NCBI GenBank assembly: GCA_028023455.1
Contig: JAQFVV010000003.1
Span: forward strand, 6,882,001-6,946,000
Direction: 5' to 3'
Source: Epiperipatus broadwayi
Taxonomy: Eukaryota > Animalia > Onychophora
Length of the DNA stretch: 64,000 bases
The notes beneath the pieces were generated by a model. That model was not told the origin of the DNA. It did no database searches and was given only the letters and a program-made list of their open reading frames with translations. A program made the position numbers and the translations under genes. Positions 14,027 to 25,800 of this stretch are shown here, piece by piece (position 1 is the first letter of the stretch; every line of letters starts with the position of its first letter).

Positions 14027-14976
14027 GACTAAGAAAATTAAAATAAACTAACATTTTATTTTAATTCTTCATCTTTGTTATCATTTATGCATCATTACAA
14101 TTCTTTTTTTTTTTTATTTTCCCCTCAACTTAAGATTTTAAATTCTTCATCAATTATTAAAGAAAAAAATTATTAATTATATTTAATAATAATTAAATTG
14201 TTTTATGGGCAATTGGGTTCTTTTTTTAATATCTTAAATATGGTACATCTAATATAATCTGTTTGATCAAATCATAGATTAAATATACTGACTATTTTAT
14301 TTTAAAATTATTACCTATTAAAGTTAAATAATGTAATACTTTATTATGCAAAAATCATTATATAGATTACTTTCTTTTTATTCACTTCTTTCAATGAATT
14401 TCTATATAATGTATCTTTATTAATATACTAAGTATTTGAAATGGTATATCAAAATAATTATATGGTAGAAAATCTGATTATTCTATAACTAAGTTTTAAT
14501 TAGTTCGTTTATAAGTGTTTTATGTATAAATCACCTTAAAATGCTAATCCTGCTCCTTATTGAGACTTACTAGACTATCACTGACATCTAATAAATGAAC
14601 ATACACAAACTTACTTAAAGGTGCCAATCCTGCTCCTTAATTTTTTTAAGACTTACTAGATTATCTTTAGCATCCAATAAATATATTAGTTGGAATTCAT
14701 TTGTGAACTTGCCAACCTATAAGTAACCAGTCTTCTGTTTCCACATTAATGATATGATCCATCTTAGTTAGACACAATTATATATTGTATTTCCTTCTCT
14801 TTCATATCTTAATTCTTTACATTTTCTCCCTATAATCTTAATAATTATTACATAATTTAGGTATTACAAAACTCATGGTAATTGTTTATTTAAGACAATT
14901 ATATTTTTCCTCGATAGGGCTTTAATATATGAATAAATTATAATTTATTAACATTATCACCATCAATCAAATTTGA

Positions 14977-15560
14977 TTAAGCAATTTTTGATTTTACAAG
15001 TATTTCTGATATGTTTGAAATCATACAACCAATTTCAAATAAATCATACTTTGGAGATAATGTCATCTTTAAAACTTCATCACCTACATTAACTATTTTA
15101 TTTTTAAAATCAATCAAACATTTGTTCAGATGTAAAAAGTCTACTCCCAATATCATTTCATGAATAAGTCCAGTTAATATGAAAAAAACATGATAAATAC
15201 ATGTTTGATTAATAGTTAGTTTGATCCAGATTTGCTTTTGAATTAATTTTGTGCTTTTATTATTAGCTAGGGTAATCTGTACTGATTTTAAAGGTAAGGT
15301 TTTAATATGTGGATTTTTATCCATCAACCTTTTATAAAACTCCTCAGATATTAGATATTTGGCTACCATTATCTAATAAGGCTATAATTTGCAAATCTTC
15401 AAACATAATATTAATTAATGGACAATTTTGAACAGCATACTTGGGTTCATCATCTTCCTCTGAACATATTATGTTGGTGATTTGTTTAACTACAATTTTA
15501 TTTTTGTTCCTCATTTTAAATATGGGTCTTTGAGGAGAGGAACTATTTCCGAAGACCCTC
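14977..15560 (-). pseudogene. Retroviral-type aspartic protease in the -1 frame relative to gag, one frameshift
   Basis: The -1 frame after the gag stop reads ...LQIIALLDNGSQIS, a D-S/T-G-like active site (here DNG). It continues after a 1-nt shift in ORF 14977-15369, which includes GLIHEMILGVDFL, the typical ILGxDFL motif. Confidence 0.8.
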
Positions 15561-15571
15561 TTTAATTTAAT
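15508..15571 (-). promoter_or_regulatory. Putative -1 ribosomal frameshift signal (slippery-like heptamer plus H-type pseudoknot)
   Basis: A-TTA-AAT immediately before the gag TAA, 6-nt spacer, stem 1 GGGUCUU/AAGACCC (15558-15552 with 15530-15524), stem 2 UCCUCA/UGAGGA (15536-15531 with 15513-15508). Confidence 0.6.
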
Positions 15572-17503
15572 TTTGCTGTTGTTTTGGGTATATTTTTATT
15601 ATACCCTATTTTACATTTATTTAATCCACTAGGAGATGCTATACTGGTAATTTTTGCATTTTGATGGGCATCAGAACTTAATTTAGCATCTGTATTATTA
15701 TTACTCTTCGTTGTTTTACTTTGTGAATGATTAGAAGACTTATGCTTTTTTTTTTTTTTTTTACAATTAATAGCATTTACTTGAATATTTTTTTTCTTTC
15801 TTTCAAAATAATTTTGATTAACATTTTGGTTATTTGAGTCAATATTATTTAAAATATCTATAATTTGTTCGATATTTTGTGCATTAGAAAATAATAAAGA
15901 CTGCTCAATTTTCATAGGTAAGTTATGTTTTACAATACGAATAATTTGATTTTGACTAAAATGATAAGTATCAAGCGTTTTCAGTTTTGATACTTGTCTT
16001 CTAAAAAATTTAGTAAGAGTTTCACCTGGCATATTTTTATATTTTTCCTGAAGTATTTGATACAACAGTGATTCTTGATGATCATTATTCCAAAAATTCT
16101 TTATCAATAATTTTTGATATTCTTCAAAAGTTTTAGGTATTTGGAATAATGATTCCCACCATGATAAAGCATCACCTTGTAAATGACTGTATGCTACTAT
16201 CAATTTTTCACCTTCTGTCAAATTAGTATTTACTGAAAAATATAAATTTAAACTCTTTAGATGCTCTATTGGAGCTTCATTTGTAAACCCTTGAAAATGT
16301 TTTAATTTTACAAATTTATTTATAGCATTACCTTGTAATGTGTGATTTGTATTGCTAACATTTTCTTTTTGCATATTTATACATGATTGTGATGGTGAGC
16401 AAAGTCTCCTATAAAATAACTAATATTATCCTTATTATTTTCTTCCCTTTGCATGCTTTCCATCTCAATTACCATTTCATCTTGATGTTCCTTTTTATTT
16501 GGATTTTCCCTTATCCTACTAATAGCTTCTAATATTTGATTAAATTTATCTGAAGTAGTGTCTTCTTTGATATTAGATAATTTAATCCTTTTACAAGCTT
16601 GGGTATAATTTTCCATCATTATTTTTCTTTTTTTCTCAAACTCATCCTTCAAAACTTTTATGGTTTGATCTATGGTAATATTTTTATTTTCCAATTGATT
16701 AAATATCTCCGATTGATTCTCTAATAATATTTCAATATTATCTTTATTTAACTTTATGTCTGAATCAATCAAATTTTGTTTCACATTTAAACACTGAAAA
16801 TCTTTTTCCATAGACTGAATTTTCTTGTCTTGGTTATTAATTTCTATGTGGACATCTTTTATTTTCTCATCTAAAAACTTTTCAGTCTCTTCTTGGATTT
16901 TATACACATCAATTTGGAGATGATTGCATGCAGTTTTTATTTCTAAAAATTTGTTTTCTACTTTATTTTCTAGCTTTGTTTCAAATTCAAAAAATCTTTT
17001 TTGACACTTAAGATCTGTTTCTTCAATAATCTTTTGAATATTTTGAATTTCATTATTCATATTTGTTTTTATTTGTGATACCTCCTCCTTCAAATCTATT
17101 TTTATATTATCTAATTTTATTGATAATTCATTTGTAGTATCTACTTTCATATTTTCCATCTTAGTATTCATGCTTTCCATCTTGGTATCGATATTTGTAG
17201 ACAAATAGACTTTAAGATTTTTCATCTGAGTATTCATACTTGTAGATAAATTTTCCATCATTTGTTGCATCAGTAACATCATTTGACTTAATGATGGATT
17301 ATCATTGGTTTTATTTTCTATAGGTTTGTCAATAATATCCATAGTTTCTGGAACATGTTACTCTCAGATACACCTATATCTATTTGTTCATTGGTACTAT
17401 TCATAGTAACTTCAGCTATATTTGAACTAAGTATCTCAGTTTGCATTTCTATATTATTATCAGTATTAGAAGAAAATATTTTATACTTACTTCTCATAAT
17501 CAT
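15562..17503 (-). pseudogene. Gag (coiled-coil N-terminal part plus retrotransposon capsid-like domain) split by two frameshifts
   Basis: ORFs 17318-17503, 16377-17342 and 15562-16374 abut or overlap in different frames. The last has AYSHLQGDALSWWES..KTFEEYQKLLIKNFW and YKNMPGETLTKFF, typical of Retrotrans_gag. Confidence 0.85.
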
Positions 17504-17830
17504 AAAACTAACTTTATCTTAACTATAACTTTATTTATACGATAATATATTATTTATCATAGGATATTAATGTGATGCCTTTCTCTTTTCAAGATATATA
17601 TGTGTTCTTACTCTAATGCCTAATTTTAAAATTATATTTTTAAGCAAATGATCTATTCATTTAAATTTTAACTATTTAATTTTCAAAGTCTCTATTATTT
17701 TATTACCTATTTTAGAATACATTTAATATGAGATTATTATTAATAATATTTATCCCTCAAAGTTTTGTATCGCTATACAAACAATACAAAATCTATGATT
17801 CTATATTATGATATGGAATCTATGATTCAA

Positions 17831-17848
17831 GCCCCACATTGGGCACCA
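17831..17848 (-). promoter_or_regulatory. Primer-binding site complementary to tRNA-Lys(CUU)
   Basis: Minus strand TGGTGCCCAATGTGGGGC, 2 nt after the 5' LTR, versus canonical tRNA-Lys1,2 PBS TGGCGCCCAACGTGGGGC; both differences are CpG to TpG. Confidence 0.9.
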
Positions 17849-17850
17849 TA

Positions 17851-19770
17851 TGTAATGGTATGCACCCTCTCAACAAGTTAAGTTAAGGCAGTCGCATCTC
17901 ACTATAGTCAGATTTAAGGTCTTAATATAGGATGCCACGAATGATGTGATTTAATTTTGATATAAAACTATATTTGTTCCCAATAACTAATTTATTATTA
18001 AAAAAAGTTATATCTAAACCACATCAAATCAACTTTCACCTTAATTAACTTTACCATTATGCTCAGATTTTGAACTCAGGGAAGTTTAACAATTTACTCT
18101 CTTCAGGGGTTCCTATCAATATTCTAAAGTAATATTAATAATGAATCTCACTAACTCTTTAAATCAAATAAAACAAAATTGAAAACTTCATTTAATTTAA
18201 TATAAAAAACATAATTATTTATTTAACAATTAAATAATTTAAATTTTACAATATATAAAAAATATTTATATATCTACCTCTTTATATTAAAAATATAAAT
18301 ATTCTATTTAATTACGGTAGATATATTTTCTAACCTATAACACTACGTGATTTTACAATGTATATAAAATATAAATATCCAAATTTTAAGACTTTTATAT
18401 TAACACTATTTTACAATAATTAGATTATACAAATAATCTAATCCAATCATTTGTATATAATACCTTCATTTGTTAAAATGATTGTCTGTAATTTATATTT
18501 ATTAATATAAAATTATATACTTCACAACAATGTTAATCATTTATTCATTTATCATACATTACAATTATTAGACTATTTGGGTTAGTATAAACAATGTAGT
18601 GTCATGTCATAAAAAATAATAATATGTGGTTTTAAAAATAATTTAATCTCTTACCTCAAGTTCACATTATCTCTTTCCCATATTAACATTTCTCAACCTA
18701 TATTTAAATCTTTATTAATCATAAATAAAAATAAAAATATCTTAAATTATTAATTCTCTTTTATTATTCATAAGAAATGAATATGGTGATAAAGTAAATG
18801 AAATTAACTTTTCCCAATTATAACTTTCAAAAATCTTAAATGGTATTTATAAAAGTTAATACAATAATCTCAGATGTTCCTCTAGAATGAAAATCCTTTG
18901 AAGATGCAGTTTTTGATTACTTCATTGTTAGATATTAAAGAAAATAATAGGATATCCTAAGTTGACATTTAGTTTCCTCTTTATATGTAGATTTCATCTT
19001 CTTAATATACAGTTACTTTATTAACAATTATAATTCCATTTTGAAGATCTAATTTTTTTTATAATTTTAAGGTATTCAGCAAAAGATGTTATTTACACAT
19101 ATATGTTTGATTAGGCAAGTGCATTTTATCTATTCCATGATAAATTGGTGTTCTATCCACTTTGCATTTTCTTTATAATGTAAAGTACATTAAATTCAAT
19201 TGAAGTTTTTATAAACATGTTCTTTTTTTAAAACATAGTTTAGATTTTAGAACATGTAATTCAACAATTTTTATAGAACACGAAAATATATTCAGATTAG
19301 TTTCTTTAAACAAATATTAAAAAAATTCTTCTAATGAGTATTAAATTGTTCAAAATATAGATGTTATCTTACACTGTTCTTTTAAATCGAACATAGTATA
19401 AATTTTTATGAGGATATAGCTGACAGAAAATAGAATCCTTAGTCTTCTAACAAAAACAATAGAATTAATATATTATATCTCACTCCATCAGCTTGCTCAA
19501 GCATACAAATTCTACATTGTTGCAATAACATTTCAATATTAAAACACTAAGTTAATTTCATTTCCTGTAATTCGATAAACTATGTGAACCCAAAGGTCAT
19601 TTATAACCTTGTCAACCACCTTTTGTCAACGTCATTTTTTCATTTTAAAGAATGAAAAATACTAACTTAACAAGTTATATATTTATTTTCATAAATATAA
19701 TAATAATGCAAATATAATGTATACATATTGATTACATGTATGTATGAGTATATATATATATACTCCTACA
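17851..19770 (-). repeat. 5' LTR (1920 bp)
   Basis: TG...CA termini; direct repeat of 12121-14017; adjacent to the PBS. Confidence 0.95.
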
Positions 19771-20799
19771 ATATACATATATATTATACAGGCAATATGT
19801 GTGTACATATATAAGTTAGTATTGCAATATAAAGTAAATTTTGTAATAAAAAAATTGCAGACTTAGAATTTATTAATATTATTAAAAAATAAATTATATG
19901 GAAAATTCTAGTAAAATTGTTTATTGTTTTACGTTTCTGTCTGCCAAAATACTAGAATAAGTAGAGAGAGTAATTAAATGTAAAACGCCTTTTTTTAGTT
20001 ATATAAAAAAAAAGAATTATTACCCACTTGTTTCAGGTTAATTAATGACTTCTTGTTGCAAAATAATGTAATGGCAAACAAGAAGTCACCCCTGAAGTGA
20101 ATTCTGCCTTCTGACATGAGAAAGCTGATCTAGGGAATTTTATATAGGTCATCCTGATCTAAAATATTATTTTGGGAAGTCTCGGATAAAATCACTAGGG
20201 TTATAAATAATTTCTTTATCCTATGAGTTCATTCCTCATTAGGAGCAAGATAACCAAGTTAATATGTATGCTAGTTTTTTCTTAATTAATAAGTAATCAT
20301 TGTGCTTTAATGGTTATATTTTCACATAAAACCTTTTGTTGCATTTTTCAATAATTATAAATGAATTGCTATGTTATATTTTCATTTTCTACTAATCTTT
20401 AATGAATATGCTTTGTTTTTATATATATGCTAAATAAATATTATAACAAGTTTTCAGAAAAAGCTAATCAAGTTCTTTGTCTTTTAATTTCATCTGATAA
20501 AGAGTGAATAATTTATTACTTGCCTTATTTGCAATTCACATATCAGCCATGTATAGATATATTATATATTATAGAATAACTTCCATCATTGCAGAAAAGA
20601 CATATTGCTAAATTTTAGCAGTTTTCTATCATTTAAAAGGTTAGATATCTATTAATCAACTAATAATAGATGATTATATGATTGTTTATGGATTGGCTAC
20701 CTAACAAAAATATTATAAGCCTGGCTAAAAAAAATTTCAACATTACTCATCCTGTATTCAAACTCAGATTTTATGCATGGTTTATGCTGTAATAAGTAT

Positions 20800-21350
20800 A
20801 CACATGCACACCACATAGTTGGAAAATTGTTTAAGAAAAAATTGGCCAGTATGTCATTATTTCCAGTATAAATATCATAATATTAACTCATTGTAAATCG
20901 CAAGATTCCACGAATGTTAATTTGTATAGGAAATAGTGGACCTAAACAGTGGAGAGAACAACAGCTTCATGCTCCCAAATCAAGATGCTTCAGATAGGCC
21001 TATATGAGTGGAAAGTTAGGTTAAAGATAAGATGGCCACTCTTATCTTTATAAAAGTTGCTATCTTGTGTCATGATTTGAGAGGTCCCTCTATCGGCAAA
21101 ATAAAGATATTGCTTGACTATTATAAATTTCAAGGCACATTTGATATGGGTTAAAACCTGTCTTAAAAGTATTTAATAATGGGAAATGTGTTGCTTTATA
21201 ACTTTAAGCATTGGAATCAAGTGAAATAATAAAATGATTTCTAACATTGAGAATTATGGGAAAGATTTATCAGAAAAATGGAAGAAAACAACAGAGGATT
21301 TATAGTAGTTAAAGAAAACTGAACATGAAGATGTAGCAATTGGATGACCC
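20800..21350 (+). mobile_element. RTE-like LINE 3' remnant
   Basis: Broken frames read VNRKIP, EQQLHA-(E)IKML and a KW(R/K)-type end, resembling the RTE RT C-terminal extension. Confidence 0.5.
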
Positions 21351-22026
21351 ACTATCACTTATGGTTTCTAAGATTTGAAGTTAAAGGTATTTCTTTTGTT
21401 TACCATTTTAATAATAGGTTATGTAACAACAATGGCATCAGAAATGAAAAGTTCATACTTTGATCCAGATTTGATTTTAGGTTAGTTGCTCTATGATTTT
21501 GATAAGCTGCACAGATCACAAAAAGTATTTATGGTCTCTTTATTATGATGAACTTAGTCATTCACCTTTTTTGACTTAGTATTTAATATTAAAAACTCTA
21601 AACAAATAATAAGAAAACTGAAATATAAAATTTAAGAAAAGGCAATACATAATATTTATAAAAGAATAAATATTAAAAAAAGAAGCTAAATAGGTTTACA
21701 ATTAAATAGTTATTAAAACATTACTAATCAAATATTTTGTTTTATAATTTGAATTTCTATTAATAAGATCAAATATACAAAAAAACATCAGCTGTTAAAA
21801 GTTTACAAGATATAATTTGTGAAAGATAAAAATAATGTAAAAATAAAACATAAGTGAAACATGATCAATATTAAATGATAAATAAACTTACATCTTTTTT
21901 CCCCTTCCTTTTTAATTAGGTGGTGAATATTCTTGAATTAGATTTCTATTTTCACTTCCATTCAGTCCTCCAAACAGCTTGCTGCCCTCTAGCGATGGAA
22001 AAAAAACTAAGTAAGATAATGCCTAA

Positions 22027-22290
<264 letters not shown>

Positions 22291-24639
22291 TAGTAGAATT
22301 TTTTTAATTTAATATCTGGCATATCAGTATTACTTGCAAACTTCTTCAGAAGTCACTATCTCTTTAGCAAAATAAAGTGCACTTCAAAAGATATTTCTCA
22401 ATGACATGATTAAGAATATCTAAATATTGTTGACTAAATAAAAGAATTAATTTTAACTCTTACTTATGTCACCAACCAACTGCATTTCTGAACACATGAC
22501 CAAGAATTTCAAGATTGCATTACAAAATTGTGTCACTAACATGATTTTAAAAATTTTGTATATCTTGAATTTTTTATAGTAAAATATATAATCTAGTGAA
22601 TTCATAGGAAAATAAAGTTAATGGAATCAAATTAGAAAACTGAGTCACCCAAAGTTAAAATTATTGTTGCAATAATCATTAATGAGTCATGCATTATAGC
22701 ATGAAGCTTCATCCTGCAAAAAAACAAAACAACAACTGTATCAAAAATACCATCCTAAAAATGTTGTATTTAAAGAATAAAGTCATTGATTATTCTAGTA
22801 GTAGAATGAGCATTTAGCAGTCCCTTTTAGTCAAATTATTTTTTTTAAATATTACTTAGTTCAGAATCAATTCTAAAATCTTTGCCTTTGAATTCATCCC
22901 TCTATCTCTGTACTAAGAGCAATGGTTACTATTATTGATATGTCTGTGAAAAAAAATAGTTATACTTATGATTTTGTTTGAACAGATAAATATACTCATA
23001 TGACTAGAATGTTTATTTTTCTTTAAATTCGTCTTATTTTTCAAAATAAATATTTTTTTTTGGGATACTTCCTATTAAGTTTAAATTCACCTTTTCTTAT
23101 ATACCTAATCTTAAACTTAAAATTGTCTACACAATAATTGATGTACAATAATTTTATTAAAGACCAGTAATTATATGTTTTAGTAACCTCAGTTTTACTC
23201 TAACTTTAAGCACCTCACTTGATTATTTTGGCTTATTACAGTAGTATAAACAAGACTAACTCTATACTCTAATGACACCTATAGTAAATTTGAGTAATAC
23301 AGTATTAGCATACAATGAAATAGATGTATTTATGGACAATCTATTCCAGGCTGAAAGTTTAATATAAAATTATCATCGGAAATCACTTAAACATAAAAAA
23401 ATACAAAATATAATGCAAAAATAGTATAAAATTAATTTTTATAATTTTTGCAATCTGTAGTGAAATTATAATGAAATTTCTCTTTAATGGAAAACTCTTA
23501 TGCTCATAAAAAGTATGAACACTGAATTGAAGGAATATAATTTTTAATATCAGTCCTGAAACCATTATTCCTTTGATCATTACATTGCATGAAAAATTGT
23601 TAAATTTAATCTCATTCAAATTTTTATATACTGTTCCTATAATCAACTTTTAAGAATATGAAAGTGGAAAATATTTTGTTTTTAATGTCTACATTATTGA
23701 GTTTTTAACTCTTTTTTTCCTCTCATAGTTAAAATTCTTCATGTACATAATGGAGTAATCTAAAAAAATACACTTCCATATTTTCACTCTAAAAATACTA
23801 ATAAATAGATGAATGATCTATAACTAAGCCTTACAAAACATATCAAAGATATCTGACCCTGTAACCAAAGCAGGAAGATTTTAGAACATCTTGTACATAT
23901 GTGCACTATATGTCACCCAATAGTAGTCATTATGAAATGTGTCTTCATTGTAGAAAATTTAATTTAATGAGAAAAAATATTTTTGTATCACTTGAAGCAG
24001 ACTTTAGAGTAGTCTCTATTTTTCCTTGTCAGTTTTAAATTTATTTTCTCAAGTGCTAAAGATCTCTGGACCAATTTTCAGCTGATGAAAGGAAAAATAA
24101 AATAAAATCAGATTCCCAGACAACAGATTTTTTTGATTATTTATTAAAGCTGACTACTACTTTTAATGAAGGACCAATATCACAATTAAAGCAATTTGTT
24201 GATATTAGTCTAATTAAAGCTGAATATCACATTTAAATAAATACTCTTTAAAGTGCCCAATGGTGGCAAAGAGCATTTCCAACAACAGTGAAAGAAAAGA
24301 TAGTTTTGCTATGAAAAGCTGTCTAAAAAAACCTTAAAACTGTTGATAAAATTTTCAGGTTTGTACAATCTGGATTCAAACCCAGATCAAAACAGATATA
24401 TTACTACCACATCATTTTTCTTAAAACTGGTTTTCATTGGAACTATTTCTTACTCAATGTTAATATGCATAATTTTATTAGTTGTTTTTTTTTTAGTCAG
24501 CATTAATTATATCAATTCAATCATTCTTTTTGTGAATATTAAATTTTTTTCATTACAACTTCTCCCCCTATTTTATTTGATTTAATTATCAAATAATATA
24601 TATATATAATATTAAGTTTTCTGGACACCAAGTAATAAA

Positions 24640-25800
24640 ATAGCTTTCTGGGTTTAAATCCATATAAGAACTTGGGTTTGAAGCAAAAGACTTACCTTTT
24701 TACTTCAACAAAAGACACCCACCAAAAGAGCTATTATAAATTTTTGAGAAAAGCTTGCTTAACCTCAGGAATTGTCAATTTCTTGGTAACATCAAAGGTT
24801 AAAGTTTATCTGTAATTCATAAATATTATCTCCTCATTTTTATTCATTGATATTGGGATTATCTAAATAATGAATGATTTTAATGATAAAAGAAACCATT
24901 AGAAAACAGTCAACAATAAGACAATCCTAATATAGATAACAATCAACAATCTCAAATTGTTGTCAAGGCAACCTCCTTTTAACAATAAAGAAGGAACCAT
25001 TTATATATATATATATATTAAATTTTCTGGACACTAAGTAATAGCATTTGATTATTACTGGTAGTAGTTTGCCAATACTTGCTAGCATTATAACTCAATT
25101 ATATATATATATAATATTATATATATATATATAATATTATAAATCAATAACTGTATTTCTTCAATGCAATATATGTAATCTCATAATTAAATATTAGTAA
25201 ATACAGTAATCAAAAATTTTGAAAAGTACAAAAAATATAATCATCACTTACAAGTGTTTTCGATTATCCTCATAGTCTTTGTCAACTAATATTTTGGAAG
25301 GTTAACCTTCCCATAGGGAAAACTATTCATCATGTAGACAATCCCAATATTAATGAATAGAAATGTGAAGATAATATTTATGAAATAAAGATAAACTTTA
25401 ACCTTTGATGTTACCAAAAAATTGACAATTCCTGAGGCTAAGCAAGTTTTTCTCAAAAACCTATAATAGCACTTTTATTGGGGGTCTCTTGTTGAAGTAA
25501 AAGGTTAAGTCTTTCATTCAAATCCAAGTTCTTATATGGATTAAAACCCAGAAAGTGATTTTTATAAGTATGAAATGTGAAAGAATAGCATCTCTCTTGA
25601 CATTCTGCAAATAATATTTTTAACTTCACCAGAGAGTTGTAAATATTGAATTAAATGTTTCTGCAGATTGTTATTATAATAATGAATAGAAATGAGATAA
25701 TATTCATGAAATGAAAAAATTCTAAAAAAATAAACTGGTTAAAGTTTATCCCCATTTCATGGATATTATCTCCTCATTTCAATTCATTATTATAATAGAA
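24640..25800. mobile_element. RTE-like LINE fragments in inverted arrangement
   Basis: 24640-24900 is the reverse complement (~85% by eye) of 25310-25570. The plus copy reads EAKQVFLK and FKSKFLYG (RTE 'LLYG' region). A further small hairpin lies at ~25675-25796. Confidence 0.6.

Larger units (their letters stand above)
12121..19770 (-). mobile_element. Gypsy-type LTR element lacking RT/RNase H/integrase (Gag-protease only)
   Basis: Two ~1.9-kb direct repeats starting TGTAATGGTA and ending TCCTACA; ATAT on both outer flanks (12117-12120, 19771-19774); PBS and PPT place the element on the minus strand; the 3.83-kb internal region has gag and protease reading frames only. Confidence 0.93.

Noticed and set aside
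20050-20100. Small hairpin TGACTTCTTGTT/AACAAGAAGTCA
   Set aside because: A 12-bp stem is too short for a pre-miRNA call without expression data.
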